Origin: Bacteroidota bacterium
GTDB taxonomy: Bacteria; Bacteroidota; Bacteroidia; Bacteroidales; WCHB1-69
DNA: 64,000 bases
NCBI GenBank assembly: GCA_029570835.1
Contig: JAKPTX010000089.1
Location: 34,637-98,636 of the forward strand
Direction of reading: 5' to 3'
The first letter of the stretch is position 1, and each line of letters starts with the position of its first letter. Of the stretch, positions 9,117 through 18,970 are shown piece after piece. Below the pieces are notes generated by a model that did no database searches, had not been told where the DNA came from, and was given only the letters and a program-made list of their open reading frames with translations. Made by a program: the position numbers and the translations under genes.

Positions 9117-10106
9117 ATGAAAACAATAAAGAAAAATCTTATTTTATTAGCTGTTCTAATCATTTTACTTGCAGGGGGGTGTAGGAAAAAAGCAGGTTCA
9201 GGATTTAAAGTAGAAAATTATTCTAACGGTAAAGCCGGAGAGATAGTTTTAGTTATGGACCCAAAGCAATATACAGAATCAGAACGCAAAGAGATTATCT
9301 CTATTTTACAACAACCCCAACCGGCAATTAATCAAGTTGAACCGATGTTCGATGTGTTGAAGTTTGGTTTGGAGGATTTTAATGCATTCTATCGTAAACA
9401 TCGAAGCATTGTATATTTTGAGATTACTGATTCTTACGATAAGCCAAGTATCAATTTCGAAGAGAATGTTTGGGCCTCTCCTCAAGTTTATATCACAATT
9501 AAAGGGAATCATGTTGATAGTACGCTTGCTCTTTTTAGACAACATCAGGATGAGATTATTGAAAAATTGTATGAAAATGATCTGAAGCGCTTACAAGCCT
9601 TCAATATTAAGAATAATAGTCCACAGATAGAAAAAACGATCAAGGAAAAATTCGGAATCTCTTTGACTATTCCTCAGCAATATTTTATTGCTCGGGAGGA
9701 ACCGGATTTTCTCTGGTTAAGGTATAAGACTGTTAAAAATGATCGTTTTATTATGATATTTAAAAGTGATGATTTGCTTTTATCAAAAGAACGATTGGTT
9801 GAAACCAGAAATCAAATGACTAAAAATTATATTCCCGGTGCAATACGAGGTGCATATCCAATTCTATCCGATATTTACGAGTATCCGGAATACCGGGAAA
9901 TTGCGATCAAATCAAAAAAAGGAGTTGAAATGAGAGGTCTTTGGGAGTCGGTAGGAGATAACATGGGAGGTCCTTTTTACAGTTTTTCTTTTATCAATTC
10001 AGATCAAACCGCTGTCATAACCATTGATGGTTTTGTTTATGCACCTCAAGAGGATAAAAGAGATTATTTAAGAGAAGTTGAATCTATTGTAAAATCACTC
10101 AGATAA
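9117..10106 (+). CDS. Conserved Bacteroidota lipoprotein of unknown function (DUF4837-like)
   Basis: Signal peptide with lipobox LLAGGC. No catalytic motif recognised. The family name is from memory of similar about 330-aa proteins and was not searched. Confidence 0.45.
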   Translation: MKTIKKNLILLAVLIILLAGGCRKKAGSGFKVENYSNGKAGEIVLVMDPKQYTESERKEIISILQQPQPAINQVEPMFDVLKFGLEDFNAFYRKHRSIVYFEITDSYDKPSINFEENVWASPQVYITIKGNHVDSTLALFRQHQDEIIEKLYENDLKRLQAFNIKNNSPQIEKTIKEKFGISLTIPQQYFIAREEPDFLWLRYKTVKNDRFIMIFKSDDLLLSKERLVETRNQMTKNYIPGAIRGAYPILSDIYEYPEYREIAIKSKKGVEMRGLWESVGDNMGGPFYSFSFINSDQTAVITIDGFVYAPQEDKRDYLREVESIVKSLR

Positions 10107-10111
10107 TATTT

Positions 10112-10705
10112 TTGCAAACAGCGGGAACATTCACCGCAGTTCTGCGTCAAAAGGGAGAAGTGAAAGCTACAAAAACAGATCAAGAACTTATTGAAGGATG
10201 TTTAAACAATGATAGAGTGAGTCAACACGAACTCTATCATAGGTACGCTTCAAAGATGTTTGTTGTCTGTTTACGGTATGCTAAAACTCATGAGGATGCT
10301 GAGGATATTCTGGTTGAGGGGTTCCTCAAAGTTTTTACAAATTTAGTCCACTTCAAGGGAAAAAGTTCTTTAAGAACATGGATACATACAGTTATGGTGA
10401 ATAGTGCAATCTCTTATTATCGGAAACATAAAAAACATATAGAGACCCGTTTTTTAGAAGATTATCCTACCACTGAGGTTCAATCTATCTACTTTTCGGA
10501 GAGTGATAAAATTTCCGAGAAAGAGTTACTGGCACTAATTCAAGCAATTCCTGAACCTTATAAAACTGTTTTTAACTTATATGCTTTCGAAGGATATAGT
10601 TACGAACAAATAGCTGAAATGTTAGATATTCATATTGGAACGGCAAGATCCAGAATGTCGAAAGGAAAAGCCTGGCTCCAAGATAAACTTAAATATACTA
10701 ATTAA
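10112..10705 (+). CDS. ECF-type RNA polymerase sigma-70 factor
   Basis: Region 2 (HELYHRYASKMFVVCLRY...AEDILVEGFLKVF) and region 4 HTH (YSYEQIAEMLDIHIGTARSRMSKGKAWL). TTG start as given in the track. Confidence 0.85.
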   Translation: MQTAGTFTAVLRQKGEVKATKTDQELIEGCLNNDRVSQHELYHRYASKMFVVCLRYAKTHEDAEDILVEGFLKVFTNLVHFKGKSSLRTWIHTVMVNSAISYYRKHKKHIETRFLEDYPTTEVQSIYFSESDKISEKELLALIQAIPEPYKTVFNLYAFEGYSYEQIAEMLDIHIGTARSRMSKGKAWLQDKLKYTN

Positions 10706-10713
10706 ACAATAGG

Positions 10714-11634
10714 ATGATGAAAAAAAACTCAATACAAGATATTGTGAATAATTTCGAGAAGTTTCCACCGGATCATTGTTGGAAAGCTATCGAAAATAAA
10801 CTTAACCTATTGTCAATTCAAGGGACGGATAGTTCAACTTTACCGGAATCACGAACCACTTCTTTTAGCTCCGGAAGTAGCTCTAAGATCGGTTCTTTCA
10901 TTTCAAAAATGATTGCTGCACCATTGAAAGTGGCAGCTATAACAGGCTCGGTGGCTTTAATCTCTGTCGTTTCATACTTTTTGATTAAGGAAAATGATAC
11001 GACTCACCCCTCCCCTTCAACAGAAACTGTACAAGGAGTAGATAGTAGTTCTCTTCCTTTAAGTGACTCCGTTATACATGAGGATGATGATCTTGTAATT
11101 ATTGAGGAGAGTACCTCTGCAACCAAACATATTGAAAAAGATAAAGAGTTCTCTACAAGTGTTTCACAAGAGATAGAAGAAACTCGTGATGAGGTTAAAG
11201 ATCCACTTATCATAACACCTATTACCCTCCCCTCAAATACAAGTTACAACAATTCAAACCAAATAAGTAAGCCTCAAACAACTACTCCTGTTGTTCCTTC
11301 GGTTCCTTCGGCTTCAATTAGTGCAAGTGAAGATCCGGTAGCACCTGAAGTAGAAGTTGCTTACTCTACACCCCTAAAACTGACTATTCCCAATATCTTT
11401 ACTCCCAACGGAGACGGATACAATGACTATTTTGTAATTGAAGGGATTGAACAATGCGAAAATCCCCAATTGGTTATTAAATCAATGAATGGTAGAATAG
11501 TATATAAATCCGCAAATTATCAAAACAACTGGGATGGTGATGGGTTACCGGATGGTGTCTATCTGTTCTATTTTCTCTATAAAATTAACAATATTGAAAA
11601 AAGTATTACCGGGAAAGTGATTTTAAAGAGATAA
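10714..11634 (+). CDS. Anti-sigma-like single-pass membrane protein with C-terminal T9SS type-B sorting domain
   Basis: Starts 8 nt after the ECF sigma. Has an about 70-aa cytoplasmic N-terminus, one TM segment (AAPLKVAAITGSVALISVVSYFLI), a Ser/Thr/Pro-rich linker, and a C-terminal IPNIFTPNGDGYNDYFVIEGIE...GVYLFYF...GKVILKR. That C-terminus matches the gliding-motility-associated CTD (type B) signature. Confidence 0.6.
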   Translation: MMKKNSIQDIVNNFEKFPPDHCWKAIENKLNLLSIQGTDSSTLPESRTTSFSSGSSSKIGSFISKMIAAPLKVAAITGSVALISVVSYFLIKENDTTHPSPSTETVQGVDSSSLPLSDSVIHEDDDLVIIEESTSATKHIEKDKEFSTSVSQEIEETRDEVKDPLIITPITLPSNTSYNNSNQISKPQTTTPVVPSVPSASISASEDPVAPEVEVAYSTPLKLTIPNIFTPNGDGYNDYFVIEGIEQCENPQLVIKSMNGRIVYKSANYQNNWDGDGLPDGVYLFYFLYKINNIEKSITGKVILKR

Positions 11635-11644
11635 CCAATCTTCA

Positions 11645-12166
11645 CTACTGGGCATCATTAATTCCCAATACTTTTTTAACTTGTTGAGTTATATCTTTAC
11701 CATCTTTATAGTAGAGAAGTGTAGAGATATCAAAAACATAGATAATATTTTCGGCTTTAGCAACTACCGCAATAGCTTCTGTAAGTTGTTCCTGAAATGG
11801 TTTTAATAGTTCAATCTGTTTGTTTTGAACTTCGATTTGCATCATTTCAGAAAAGTCTTCGATTCTCCTATATAAAGTTTGCAGTTCATCCTGTTTAATT
11901 TTTAAAATATTAGGAGAAGTATTAGGGTCGTTTGCCAAATTTTCAAACTGTTCTTGCATTTTTCTAAATTCAGAAGCCAAAATTTCACCTTCATCCTGGA
12001 ACTCTTTTGTAAATGCCTCTAGAGCAGTTTGAGCTGTATCCACACCAGGGATCAAGCGAATCACTTCACCGTAATCAATATGTCCAAATTGGACTTTGGA
12101 TTGAGCAGAAATAGCAAATGTTGCGAAAAATAAAAATAGTATTATTCCAAAATTTTTTATATTCAT
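11645..12166 (-). CDS. OmpH/Skp-family periplasmic chaperone (paralog 3)
   Basis: Signal peptide and a coiled-coil-rich about 170-aa protein ending in a ...YVFDIS...LYY motif. Third in a row downstream of bamA. Confidence 0.8.
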   Translation of the reverse strand: MNIKNFGIILFLFFATFAISAQSKVQFGHIDYGEVIRLIPGVDTAQTALEAFTKEFQDEGEILASEFRKMQEQFENLANDPNTSPNILKIKQDELQTLYRRIEDFSEMMQIEVQNKQIELLKPFQEQLTEAIAVVAKAENIIYVFDISTLLYYKDGKDITQQVKKVLGINDAQ

Positions 12167-12194
12167 GTCTGTTTTTTTCTACAATTATGGATCA

Positions 12195-12692
12195 TTATTT
12201 TATACCGAGTTTCGCTTTAACTAAATCGGTGATATCATCTCCGCCAGAATAAAGCAAAATTTGTGTATCAAAAATGTAGGCATAACCTTTTTCTTTAGCT
12301 ACATCATCAATTGCCTTTTGTAGTTGGTCGTGGAATGGTTTGAGCAAAATATATTGTTGTTCCTCAATATCCCTTTGGACATTCTCTTGAAATTCCAAAA
12401 TTCTATTTTGTAAACTTACTAATTCATCCTCCTTACTTTTTCTAACGGATGAAGTCATGGTACCGGCTTGTTTATCCAGTAAGTCCTTCTTGGAAGTAAA
12501 CTCATCTACCATACCTTGATACATCTCTTGGAGACTTTGTTGGAAAATTTGAATCTTAATTTGGAGAGAGTCGGCACCCGGCATCAATTTAATTACTTCT
12601 TGTGAATTAATATGACCATATTTTCCTTGTGCCTGGAGTCCAACTGTTGTTAAACAAAAGATAGATAACAATAATAAAATCGTTTTTTTCAT
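12195..12692 (-). CDS. OmpH/Skp-family periplasmic chaperone (paralog 2)
   Basis: Signal peptide. Similar to the neighbouring paralog (GHINSQEVIKLMPG vs GHIDYGEVIRLIPG; YAYIFDTQILLYSG). Confidence 0.8.
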   Translation of the reverse strand: MKKTILLLLSIFCLTTVGLQAQGKYGHINSQEVIKLMPGADSLQIKIQIFQQSLQEMYQGMVDEFTSKKDLLDKQAGTMTSSVRKSKEDELVSLQNRILEFQENVQRDIEEQQYILLKPFHDQLQKAIDDVAKEKGYAYIFDTQILLYSGGDDITDLVKAKLGIK

Positions 12693-12750
12693 ACAGTAAT
12701 AGTTAAAATAATTTCTAAGTTATATTTTAAAATAATAAGATTTTCTAAAA

Positions 12751-13269
12751 CTATTTAGGAGATATTCCTAGTTTTTCTAAGATTTGATCATTAATATCAA
12801 ATTTTTGATCAGCATAAACAATAGTCATAGCTCCTGCCACATCAAATACGAAAGCATATCCTTTATCTCTGGCATACTCTTCAATAGCGGCAAAAACCCG
12901 ATCCTGAATTGGTTTAACTAATTCCTCTCTTTTCTTAAAGAGGTCTCCATCTTTTCCAAATCTTCTTTTTTGCAGATTTTTTGCATCTTGTTCGGCACTG
13001 ATAATGGCTTCTTCTCTTTTCTTTTTTAAATTTTCAGGCAATGTGATAGCTTCAACTTGGTACACTTTGTACATGGAATCGATGGATTGAAATTTTGCTT
13101 CAATCTCTCTTTGCCATATTGTGGCAATCCTATCTAATTCGGCTTGAGCACTATTGTATTCAGGAATATTACCTAAGATATATTCTGAATCAATATATGC
13201 ATATTTTTGTGCGAAAGCGGGTACTGTGAATAATACAAAAAGCAGTCCCAAAATAATGTTTCTTTTCAT
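12751..13269 (-). CDS. OmpH/Skp-family periplasmic chaperone (paralog 1)
   Basis: Start moved to Met73 of the track ORF (MKRNIILGLLFVLFTVPAFAQ, a good signal peptide). The longer ORF would overlap the bamA 3' end. Confidence 0.75.
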   Translation of the reverse strand: MKRNIILGLLFVLFTVPAFAQKYAYIDSEYILGNIPEYNSAQAELDRIATIWQREIEAKFQSIDSMYKVYQVEAITLPENLKKKREEAIISAEQDAKNLQKRRFGKDGDLFKKREELVKPIQDRVFAAIEEYARDKGYAFVFDVAGAMTIVYADQKFDINDQILEKLGISPK

Positions 13270-13327
13270 AGCTTTATATTTTATATGTTTCTTATTAGAC
13301 TCAATTATTGTTAGTTTGTTAAAAGGG

Positions 13328-15958
13328 TTAATCAATAGATTGCCCAATTGAGATATGAAAATGTCCTTTTCCTGCATTAGGTGTTCCCGGAACCGCATCG
13401 AAACCATAGCCCCAGTCAAAACCAAGAAGTCCAAACATAGGTAGGAAAATTCGAACTCCGACACCAGCAGATTTATACAGAGCAAAAGGAGAGTATTCTC
13501 TTGGATCTAACCAAGCTTTTCCGGCTTCAACAAATGTAAGTAAATAGATTGTCGCACTTGGATTCAATGAAACAGGATACCTCAATTCTGCAGTAAACTT
13601 ATTAAAAATAGTTCCTCCAATAAAATCGGCATTAGCTTTTGGAGTGAGGGAAAACTCTTCATACCCACGCATTCCAACTATTTCTCTACCATCTAACTGC
13701 CATGTAGCTAAACCATCTCCTCCCAAATAAAACCTTTCAAAAGGAGAGGGTCCGATTTGAGAATTATAGTGACCCATAAATCCTGTTCTTAATCTAACAT
13801 TAAGAACTAAGTTTTCCACAATTCTGGTAAACCAAGAAATATTAAATTTCCACTTATGCATTTCAAGCCACTTATATTTTTCTTGTGGAGTTGCTTGTGA
13901 ATAATCTTTTTTTGAAAATAAAGAATAAGGGGGGGTAAACTGTACCGAGAAAAGAATATCTGAACCCTCTCGAGGATAGATTGGTGCACTTACCGAATTT
14001 CTACCTATTGTAAAGGTGTAACTCAGATTATTTGCATACCCGTTAGCAAATACAAAAAGAGATCCATAATTATTAACTTGATATCTTTGATAAAGGAGTG
14101 TATGGGAGAGATAAAAATAATCATCAGGCCACTTGATTTTTTTGTGGAGGGAAGATGAAGCACTCAACACTGTTAAGGATCTATGGTTAGCATCAGTTTT
14201 TAGAAGACCGTTACTTTGAACTTGATATGTTAATGCAGTTGTTAAGGAGTTGGGTCTTTTTCCGCCAATCCACGGTTCAGTGAAAGAAAAGACGTAATAT
14301 CTATAGTATCGTTGTGTTATGGAGGCTTGTAAAGAGAGCCTTTGTCCATCCCCGCTGGGGAGTGGTGTCCACGCTTCTTTTTTAAAGAGTTTTCTAGTTG
14401 AAAAATTATTTAAAGTTACTCTGGCACTCAATATTAATCCAATTGACTGTCCACTATATCCCAAAGAGAGTTCTAACTGGTCAGATGATGCTTCTTCTAC
14501 AGCATAAGTTAAATTTACAGTTCCATCCACTTCATTAGGTTCAGGAATCACATTCATAGCTTCCTGATTAAAATAACCGAGAGATAACAATACTTGTTGA
14601 GTTCGAATGATATCTGCACGGTTAAAGAGTTGACCGGGAATGGTTGAAACCTCCCTTAAAATTACGTTGTCACTAGTTTTGGTATTTCCCTTTACTGATA
14701 TTCTGTTGTAAATGGCTTGTTTTCCTTCCCTTATTCTTATCTGGATATCAATAGAGTCTTTTTCGATCATCACTTCAACAGGTACAGCATTGAAAAAGAG
14801 ATATCCGTTATTCATATAAAGTGAGCTAATATCGTTTCCACTTTCATTAGCAGTGAGATTAGTCATCAATCGGGACTGGTTATAGATATCACCTTTTGAA
14901 ATATTGAGCATTTGGGAAAGTAATTCGGAGTCATACTTGGTATTCCCTGAAAAAGTAATATTTCTAAAATGATATTGGTTGCCCTCTTTTACACGAATAA
15001 AAATTTCTGCTTTATTTTTACTAAAAAGGACAGTATCGGAAAGGATATAAGCGTCTCGATATCCAAAATCATTATATTTTGCGATTAAATTAGCTTTATC
15101 TCTTTCATACTCTTCGGCGATAAATTTTGAGGATTTTGCTAATCTTATCTTTATTCTATCGGAAAAATAATCCTCAAGGTGTTCTAATAGATCTTTTGAT
15201 TTGTATTGGTCAGGATTTTTAATAAAGTATCTGATCACAGTATCCATTTTGTGAAAAGGTGCAATACGTGTTTTTTCTTTTGTATTGGCCATTGCCTTTT
15301 TCAATTTTCCAACAGAGATATCGTTACGGTCACTTATGATATGGATGTTGCTAATAGCTATTTTATATCCTTTATTGATATTAAAAACGAGATTCACTCC
15401 TCTAACTACTTTATCATCAGGATATTCGTCTACAGTAACTGTACAGTGATAATAACCTTTATCAATATAAAATTTTCTAATTTGATTAATACAGGTTTGT
15501 TTCATGTTATCATTGACAATATTTCCGGCTGAGAGTTTGATGAGATCTCTAAGGTCTTTCTCTTGGGTAGATTTGGTTCCTGAGAATCCAAAAGAGACCA
15601 ATCGGGCTCGATCAGTTAGATGAACATTGAAAAAGATAAGGTCATTTTTAACATCGGTAACAGTAATATCGATCTCTTCATAGAGACCGGTATTCCATAT
15701 CCTTTTAATAGATTTAGTAATCTCTTCACCCGGTACTTCTATAATATCACCAACGCTAAAAAAAAGCATTCTGGGATCAAAAGCTCCGGATCCGGAGTTG
15801 GTTATTCCGGCAACTTCGTATCTTTTAGGAGATGTAAAGTCAATTTTAAACGAGTCTCCTAAACTTGTTTTTATGGTATCTTCCTGTGAGTAACCCTTTA
15901 TAGACCAAGTAATTAGGATTAAAAAGAGAGTAAAGATATGGAGTTGTATTAATTTCAT
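13328..15958 (-). CDS. bamA: Outer membrane protein assembly factor BamA
   Basis: 876 aa with a signal peptide, an N-terminal POTRA-repeat region and a C-terminal Omp85 barrel. Canonical uppS-bamA-ompH context. Confidence 0.9.
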   Translation of the reverse strand: MKLIQLHIFTLFLILITWSIKGYSQEDTIKTSLGDSFKIDFTSPKRYEVAGITNSGSGAFDPRMLFFSVGDIIEVPGEEITKSIKRIWNTGLYEEIDITVTDVKNDLIFFNVHLTDRARLVSFGFSGTKSTQEKDLRDLIKLSAGNIVNDNMKQTCINQIRKFYIDKGYYHCTVTVDEYPDDKVVRGVNLVFNINKGYKIAISNIHIISDRNDISVGKLKKAMANTKEKTRIAPFHKMDTVIRYFIKNPDQYKSKDLLEHLEDYFSDRIKIRLAKSSKFIAEEYERDKANLIAKYNDFGYRDAYILSDTVLFSKNKAEIFIRVKEGNQYHFRNITFSGNTKYDSELLSQMLNISKGDIYNQSRLMTNLTANESGNDISSLYMNNGYLFFNAVPVEVMIEKDSIDIQIRIREGKQAIYNRISVKGNTKTSDNVILREVSTIPGQLFNRADIIRTQQVLLSLGYFNQEAMNVIPEPNEVDGTVNLTYAVEEASSDQLELSLGYSGQSIGLILSARVTLNNFSTRKLFKKEAWTPLPSGDGQRLSLQASITQRYYRYYVFSFTEPWIGGKRPNSLTTALTYQVQSNGLLKTDANHRSLTVLSASSSLHKKIKWPDDYFYLSHTLLYQRYQVNNYGSLFVFANGYANNLSYTFTIGRNSVSAPIYPREGSDILFSVQFTPPYSLFSKKDYSQATPQEKYKWLEMHKWKFNISWFTRIVENLVLNVRLRTGFMGHYNSQIGPSPFERFYLGGDGLATWQLDGREIVGMRGYEEFSLTPKANADFIGGTIFNKFTAELRYPVSLNPSATIYLLTFVEAGKAWLDPREYSPFALYKSAGVGVRIFLPMFGLLGFDWGYGFDAVPGTPNAGKGHFHISIGQSID

Positions 15959-15980
15959 TTAAACTTTATAAAATAACCTG

Positions 15981-15988
15981 CAAATATA
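15981..15988 (-). promoter_or_regulatory. Bacteroidota -7 promoter box (TAtaTTTG on minus strand)
   Basis: rc of CAAATATA, 23 nt upstream of the bamA start, in the uppS-bamA spacer. Confidence 0.45.
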
Positions 15989-15995
15989 TGAAAAA

Positions 15996-16736
15996 TCATT
16001 CAGAGATCAATTGTTCAGAAATTTTTCCAAATCGTCTTTCACGGGTTTGGAATTCTTGCACTACTTTTAAGAAATCATTTTTTGTAAAATCTGGCCAAAG
16101 TGTATCCAAAAAGAATAGCTCAGTGTAGGCTATTTGCCAAAGGAGAAAGTTACTAATTCTTTGTTCTTTCCCTGTTCTGATTAAAATATCGGGATCAGGA
16201 ATATTTCGTGTGCAGAGAAAACTTTGAATTAAATTTTCATTAATTTGGTCAACAGATATGGATCCATCTTTCAATGCGTTTCCAATTCGTTTCATTGTAT
16301 CGGTTAGTTCCCATCTTGCACTGTAACTCAAGGCTAAAACTACGGTTAGTCCTTTATTGTGTTTTGTTTTTTCTATAGCATCGCTTAGCTTATTATAAGT
16401 GTTTTTAGGAAGATCTTGGGAGTTTCCTATTGCTTTAAGTCTGATTTGGTTTTTCATTAGATTATCCAATTCTTTATCCACTGCAGATATGAGTAGATCC
16501 ATAAGAGCATCGATCTCTTCTTTAGGTCTATTCCAGTTTTCCGTTGAAAAGGTATATAGAGTGAGGTACTTAACTCCCAGTTCGGCAGCAGCTTCGATAG
16601 CGTTTCGTACTGCTTGTACTCCATTTTGATGTCCAAATATTCGCTCTTCTCCTTGTGCTTGAGCCCATCTTCCATTACCATCCATAATGATGGCAACATG
16701 AGTAGGGATATGAATAATATTAATGTTTTCTTCCAC
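15996..16736 (-). CDS. uppS: Isoprenyl transferase (undecaprenyl diphosphate synthase)
   Basis: HVAIIMDGNGRWA, YLTLYTFSTENWNRP, RTGKEQRISNFLLWQIAYTELFF. Confidence 0.92.
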   Translation of the reverse strand: MEENINIIHIPTHVAIIMDGNGRWAQAQGEERIFGHQNGVQAVRNAIEAAAELGVKYLTLYTFSTENWNRPKEEIDALMDLLISAVDKELDNLMKNQIRLKAIGNSQDLPKNTYNKLSDAIEKTKHNKGLTVVLALSYSARWELTDTMKRIGNALKDGSISVDQINENLIQSFLCTRNIPDPDILIRTGKEQRISNFLLWQIAYTELFFLDTLWPDFTKNDFLKVVQEFQTRERRFGKISEQLISE

Positions 16737-17559
16737 TATTGTTGCGTTTAGGTTTTACATTGTATCTAATTTGGCATGAGGTATCTTCATTTCCAATTCT
16801 AAACGTAAAGGTTAACGCAGCGAAGGAGTACCAATCATTAATTGTGGCATCACCTCTCTGTGTTCCCGGCATATTTTTGATTTTGGATCTGTCGGCAAGT
16901 TGTGCAACTAATTCACCTCTTTGTTGAATGAGTACATCCTGATCATAATATACACCACTTACATCATCTAAATAATCAGTGAAAGTTAATCGCATACCCC
17001 ATTCAGCTCCAAGGATAAAATACTTCCCTAAATTCCATTTTAATCCCATTCCGAAAGGGATAGCCATACTAACTAAACTATAAGGATCAGGTTCTCCTTC
17101 CAAGCCTTGTCCTTCAGTTCCAAAACTCTGTAGATCGTACCATCTTCCATTCAACTCTGCTTTAGGGTTAAAGGAAAAGACGGAGATACCGGTAAATATG
17201 TATGGAGAAAAGTGGTTTCGGGCAGGAATATTGTAAAGATTAAAAAAGTTAAGTTCAACTTGAGCAGAGATTTCAGTGATTGGTGACTTAAAACTCAGGT
17301 ATCTAGGATATTGTTTATTATTAACTGCATCACTAGCAGTTACTTCCGCAAATAGTATATTGGCTTTGAGTGCCCATCTGGGATTAAAGTTATACCTATA
17401 GAGCAAGGCACCGGCAGGTTTTGTACTTCCAAATAGAGTTGTGGGATTCAATTCACCAAGATAAAAAGAACCCCCAACCATTCCTCCAATTTCGGATCTT
17501 TGTGCAAACCCAATCGCACTCAACCCCAGTAAGAAAATGACAATTAACTTTTTTTTCAT
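16720..17559 (-). CDS. Outer-membrane beta-barrel protein (DUF6089-like)
   Basis: Start moved to MKKKLIVIFLLGLSAIGFAQ (signal peptide) because a -7 box sits 20 nt upstream. Alternating beta-strand pattern. Conserved position upstream of uppS. Confidence 0.6.
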   Translation of the reverse strand: MKKKLIVIFLLGLSAIGFAQRSEIGGMVGGSFYLGELNPTTLFGSTKPAGALLYRYNFNPRWALKANILFAEVTASDAVNNKQYPRYLSFKSPITEISAQVELNFFNLYNIPARNHFSPYIFTGISVFSFNPKAELNGRWYDLQSFGTEGQGLEGEPDPYSLVSMAIPFGMGLKWNLGKYFILGAEWGMRLTFTDYLDDVSGVYYDQDVLIQQRGELVAQLADRSKIKNMPGTQRGDATINDWYSFAALTFTFRIGNEDTSCQIRYNVKPKRNNSGRKH

Positions 17560-17578
17560 TTTGAATTGATTTGGAATG

Positions 17579-17586
17579 CAAAGATA
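17579..17586 (-). promoter_or_regulatory. Bacteroidota -7 promoter box (TAtcTTTG on minus strand)
   Basis: rc of CAAAGATA, 20 nt upstream of the ATG at 17559. Confidence 0.5.
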
Positions 17587-17618
17587 CAAATAAACGGAAT
17601 CATGAGCAATTTATTTTA

Positions 17619-17646
17619 TAAAAAAAAAGGGATATGAATCCCTTTT
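17619..17646 (-). terminator. Rho-independent terminator of the infC-rpmI-rplT operon
   Basis: On the minus strand, the hairpin AAAGGGAT-TCAT-ATCCCTTT is followed by a T-run of at least 8. It lies about 45 nt after the rplT stop. Confidence 0.6.
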
Positions 17647-17688
17647 CTATTTTACCTAAAACTCTTTATCTTGGTTATTAAGATTTAT

Positions 17689-18033
17689 CTATTTCACCAA
17701 ATCAACGATGGCTTTAAATGCCTCTGGATGATTCATTGCGAGGTCGGCGAGGGTTTTACGATTTAATTCGATTCCCTTCTTTGAGAGGTTACCCATAAAT
17801 ACTGAGTACGACATGCCATATTCGCGAACGCCCGCATTGATACGGGTAATCCACAAACTTCTAAATGTTCTTTTTTTGTTTTTGCGATCACGGTAAGCAT
17901 ATAGTTGTCCTTTTTCCCATGTGTTTTTAGCCACGGTCCAAACATTTTTACGTCTACCGAAGTACCCTTTGGTACGATTTAAGATCTTTTTTCTTCTTGC
18001 TTTTGATGCAATACGATTTTTTGCTCTTGGCAT
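17689..18033 (-). CDS. rplT: 50S ribosomal protein L20
   Basis: [18 protein letters not shown]..., 114 aa. Confidence 0.95.
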   Translation of the reverse strand: MPRAKNRIASKARRKKILNRTKGYFGRRKNVWTVAKNTWEKGQLYAYRDRKNKKRTFRSLWITRINAGVREYGMSYSVFMGNLSKKGIELNRKTLADLAMNHPEAFKAIVDLVK

Positions 18034-18114
18034 AAATTCTCCTTTCTTTTTACGTCAGCGTTTTCTTTCGTAGAAACTCTTAATGGGCTGATGGTAAATT
18101 AATAATTCATTTGA

Positions 18115-18312
18115 TTAACGAAGTCCTAACATCCCTTTGACAGCTTTCTCTTGAGATGCATCGACTAATGTACTATAGGACAAATTACGTTTTCTCTTAT
18201 TAGATTTTTTCGTTAAAATGTGACTATGGTACGCATGTTGTCTTTTTACTTTTCCGGTGCCGGTAAGAGAAAATCTCTTTTTAGCAGCAGATTTGGTTTT
18301 TAATTTTGGCAT
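18115..18312 (-). CDS. rpmI: 50S ribosomal protein L35
   Basis: [24 protein letters not shown]..., 65 aa. Confidence 0.95.
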   Translation of the reverse strand: MPKLKTKSAAKKRFSLTGTGKVKRQHAYHSHILTKKSNKRKRNLSYSTLVDASQEKAVKGMLGLR

Positions 18313-18359
18313 TTTTTTAAGTAGTTTTAAATGTTAATATTTTGAGTTTAGGCAAATTT

Positions 18360-18905
18360 CTATTTTTTTGGAACCAGAATCATAATCATTCTTTTTCCTT
18401 CCAATTTCGGCATACTTTCAACTCTTCCCACATCTTCCAAAGCTGTTGCAAACTTAAGGAGCATCAATTCACCCTGATCTTTATACACAATGGTTCTTCC
18501 TTTAAAAAACACATCAACCTTAACTTTAAAGCCATCGTTCAAAAATTTTTCTGCGTGATTAACTTTAAACTGAAAGTCATGATCATCAGTATGAGGTCCT
18601 AAGCGAATCTCTTTGATTACAACTTTAGCAGATTTAGCTTTAATCTCTTTAGCTTTTTTTCTTTGCTCGTAGAGAAATTTTTGATAATCCATCAATTTGC
18701 ACACCGGAGGGGTAGCTTGCGGAGAGATCTCAACAAGATCCAATTCCATCTGTTCAGCTATGGCTAGTCCCTCTCTGAGAGATACAATCTGAGACTCAAT
18801 GTTATCACCAACTATTCTGATAGTAGGAGCAGTGATAAATTGATTGATCTTATGAGGTGCTTCTTTTTTCTGGTTAGCTCCTCTTTGAAAACGCGGTCTT
18901 TGAAT
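18360..18905 (-). CDS. infC: Translation initiation factor IF-3 (non-AUG start)
   Basis: The track ORF starts at an internal Met. The frame stays open upstream and encodes IQRPRFQRGANQKKEAPHKINQFITAPTIRIVGDNIESQIVSLREGLAIAEQMELDLVEI, the conserved IF-3 N-domain. It is bounded by an in-frame TAA at 18921-18923. Only ATT (18903-18905) or ATC (18915-18917) are available as starts. Confidence 0.85.
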   Translation of the reverse strand: MQRPRFQRGANQKKEAPHKINQFITAPTIRIVGDNIESQIVSLREGLAIAEQMELDLVEISPQATPPVCKLMDYQKFLYEQRKKAKEIKAKSAKVVIKEIRLGPHTDDHDFQFKVNHAEKFLNDGFKVKVDVFFKGRTIVYKDQGELMLLKFATALEDVGRVESMPKLEGKRMIMILVPKK

Positions 18906-18970
18906 TTGCTTTCCGATAAGTTAGTCCTTTCTTGTTTGTTAAACAACTTGATTTACTATAAATTGGGGTG

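Noticed and set aside
11645-13269. Three tandem OmpH/Skp paralogs after bamA, considered as an unusual amplification.
   Set aside because: Two or more ompH copies downstream of bamA are common in Bacteroidota. The three copies are divergent rather than recent duplicates. This is ordinary envelope-biogenesis context.
12751-13485. N-terminally extended versions of several track ORFs (12751-13485, 3395, 19250, 25292, 26322, 27622, 40711, 44852, 46594, 53677, 62740).
   Set aside because: Internal Met codons give proper signal peptides or conserved N-termini. In several cases a TAnnTTTG box or the upstream gene occupies the extension, so the shorter models were adopted.
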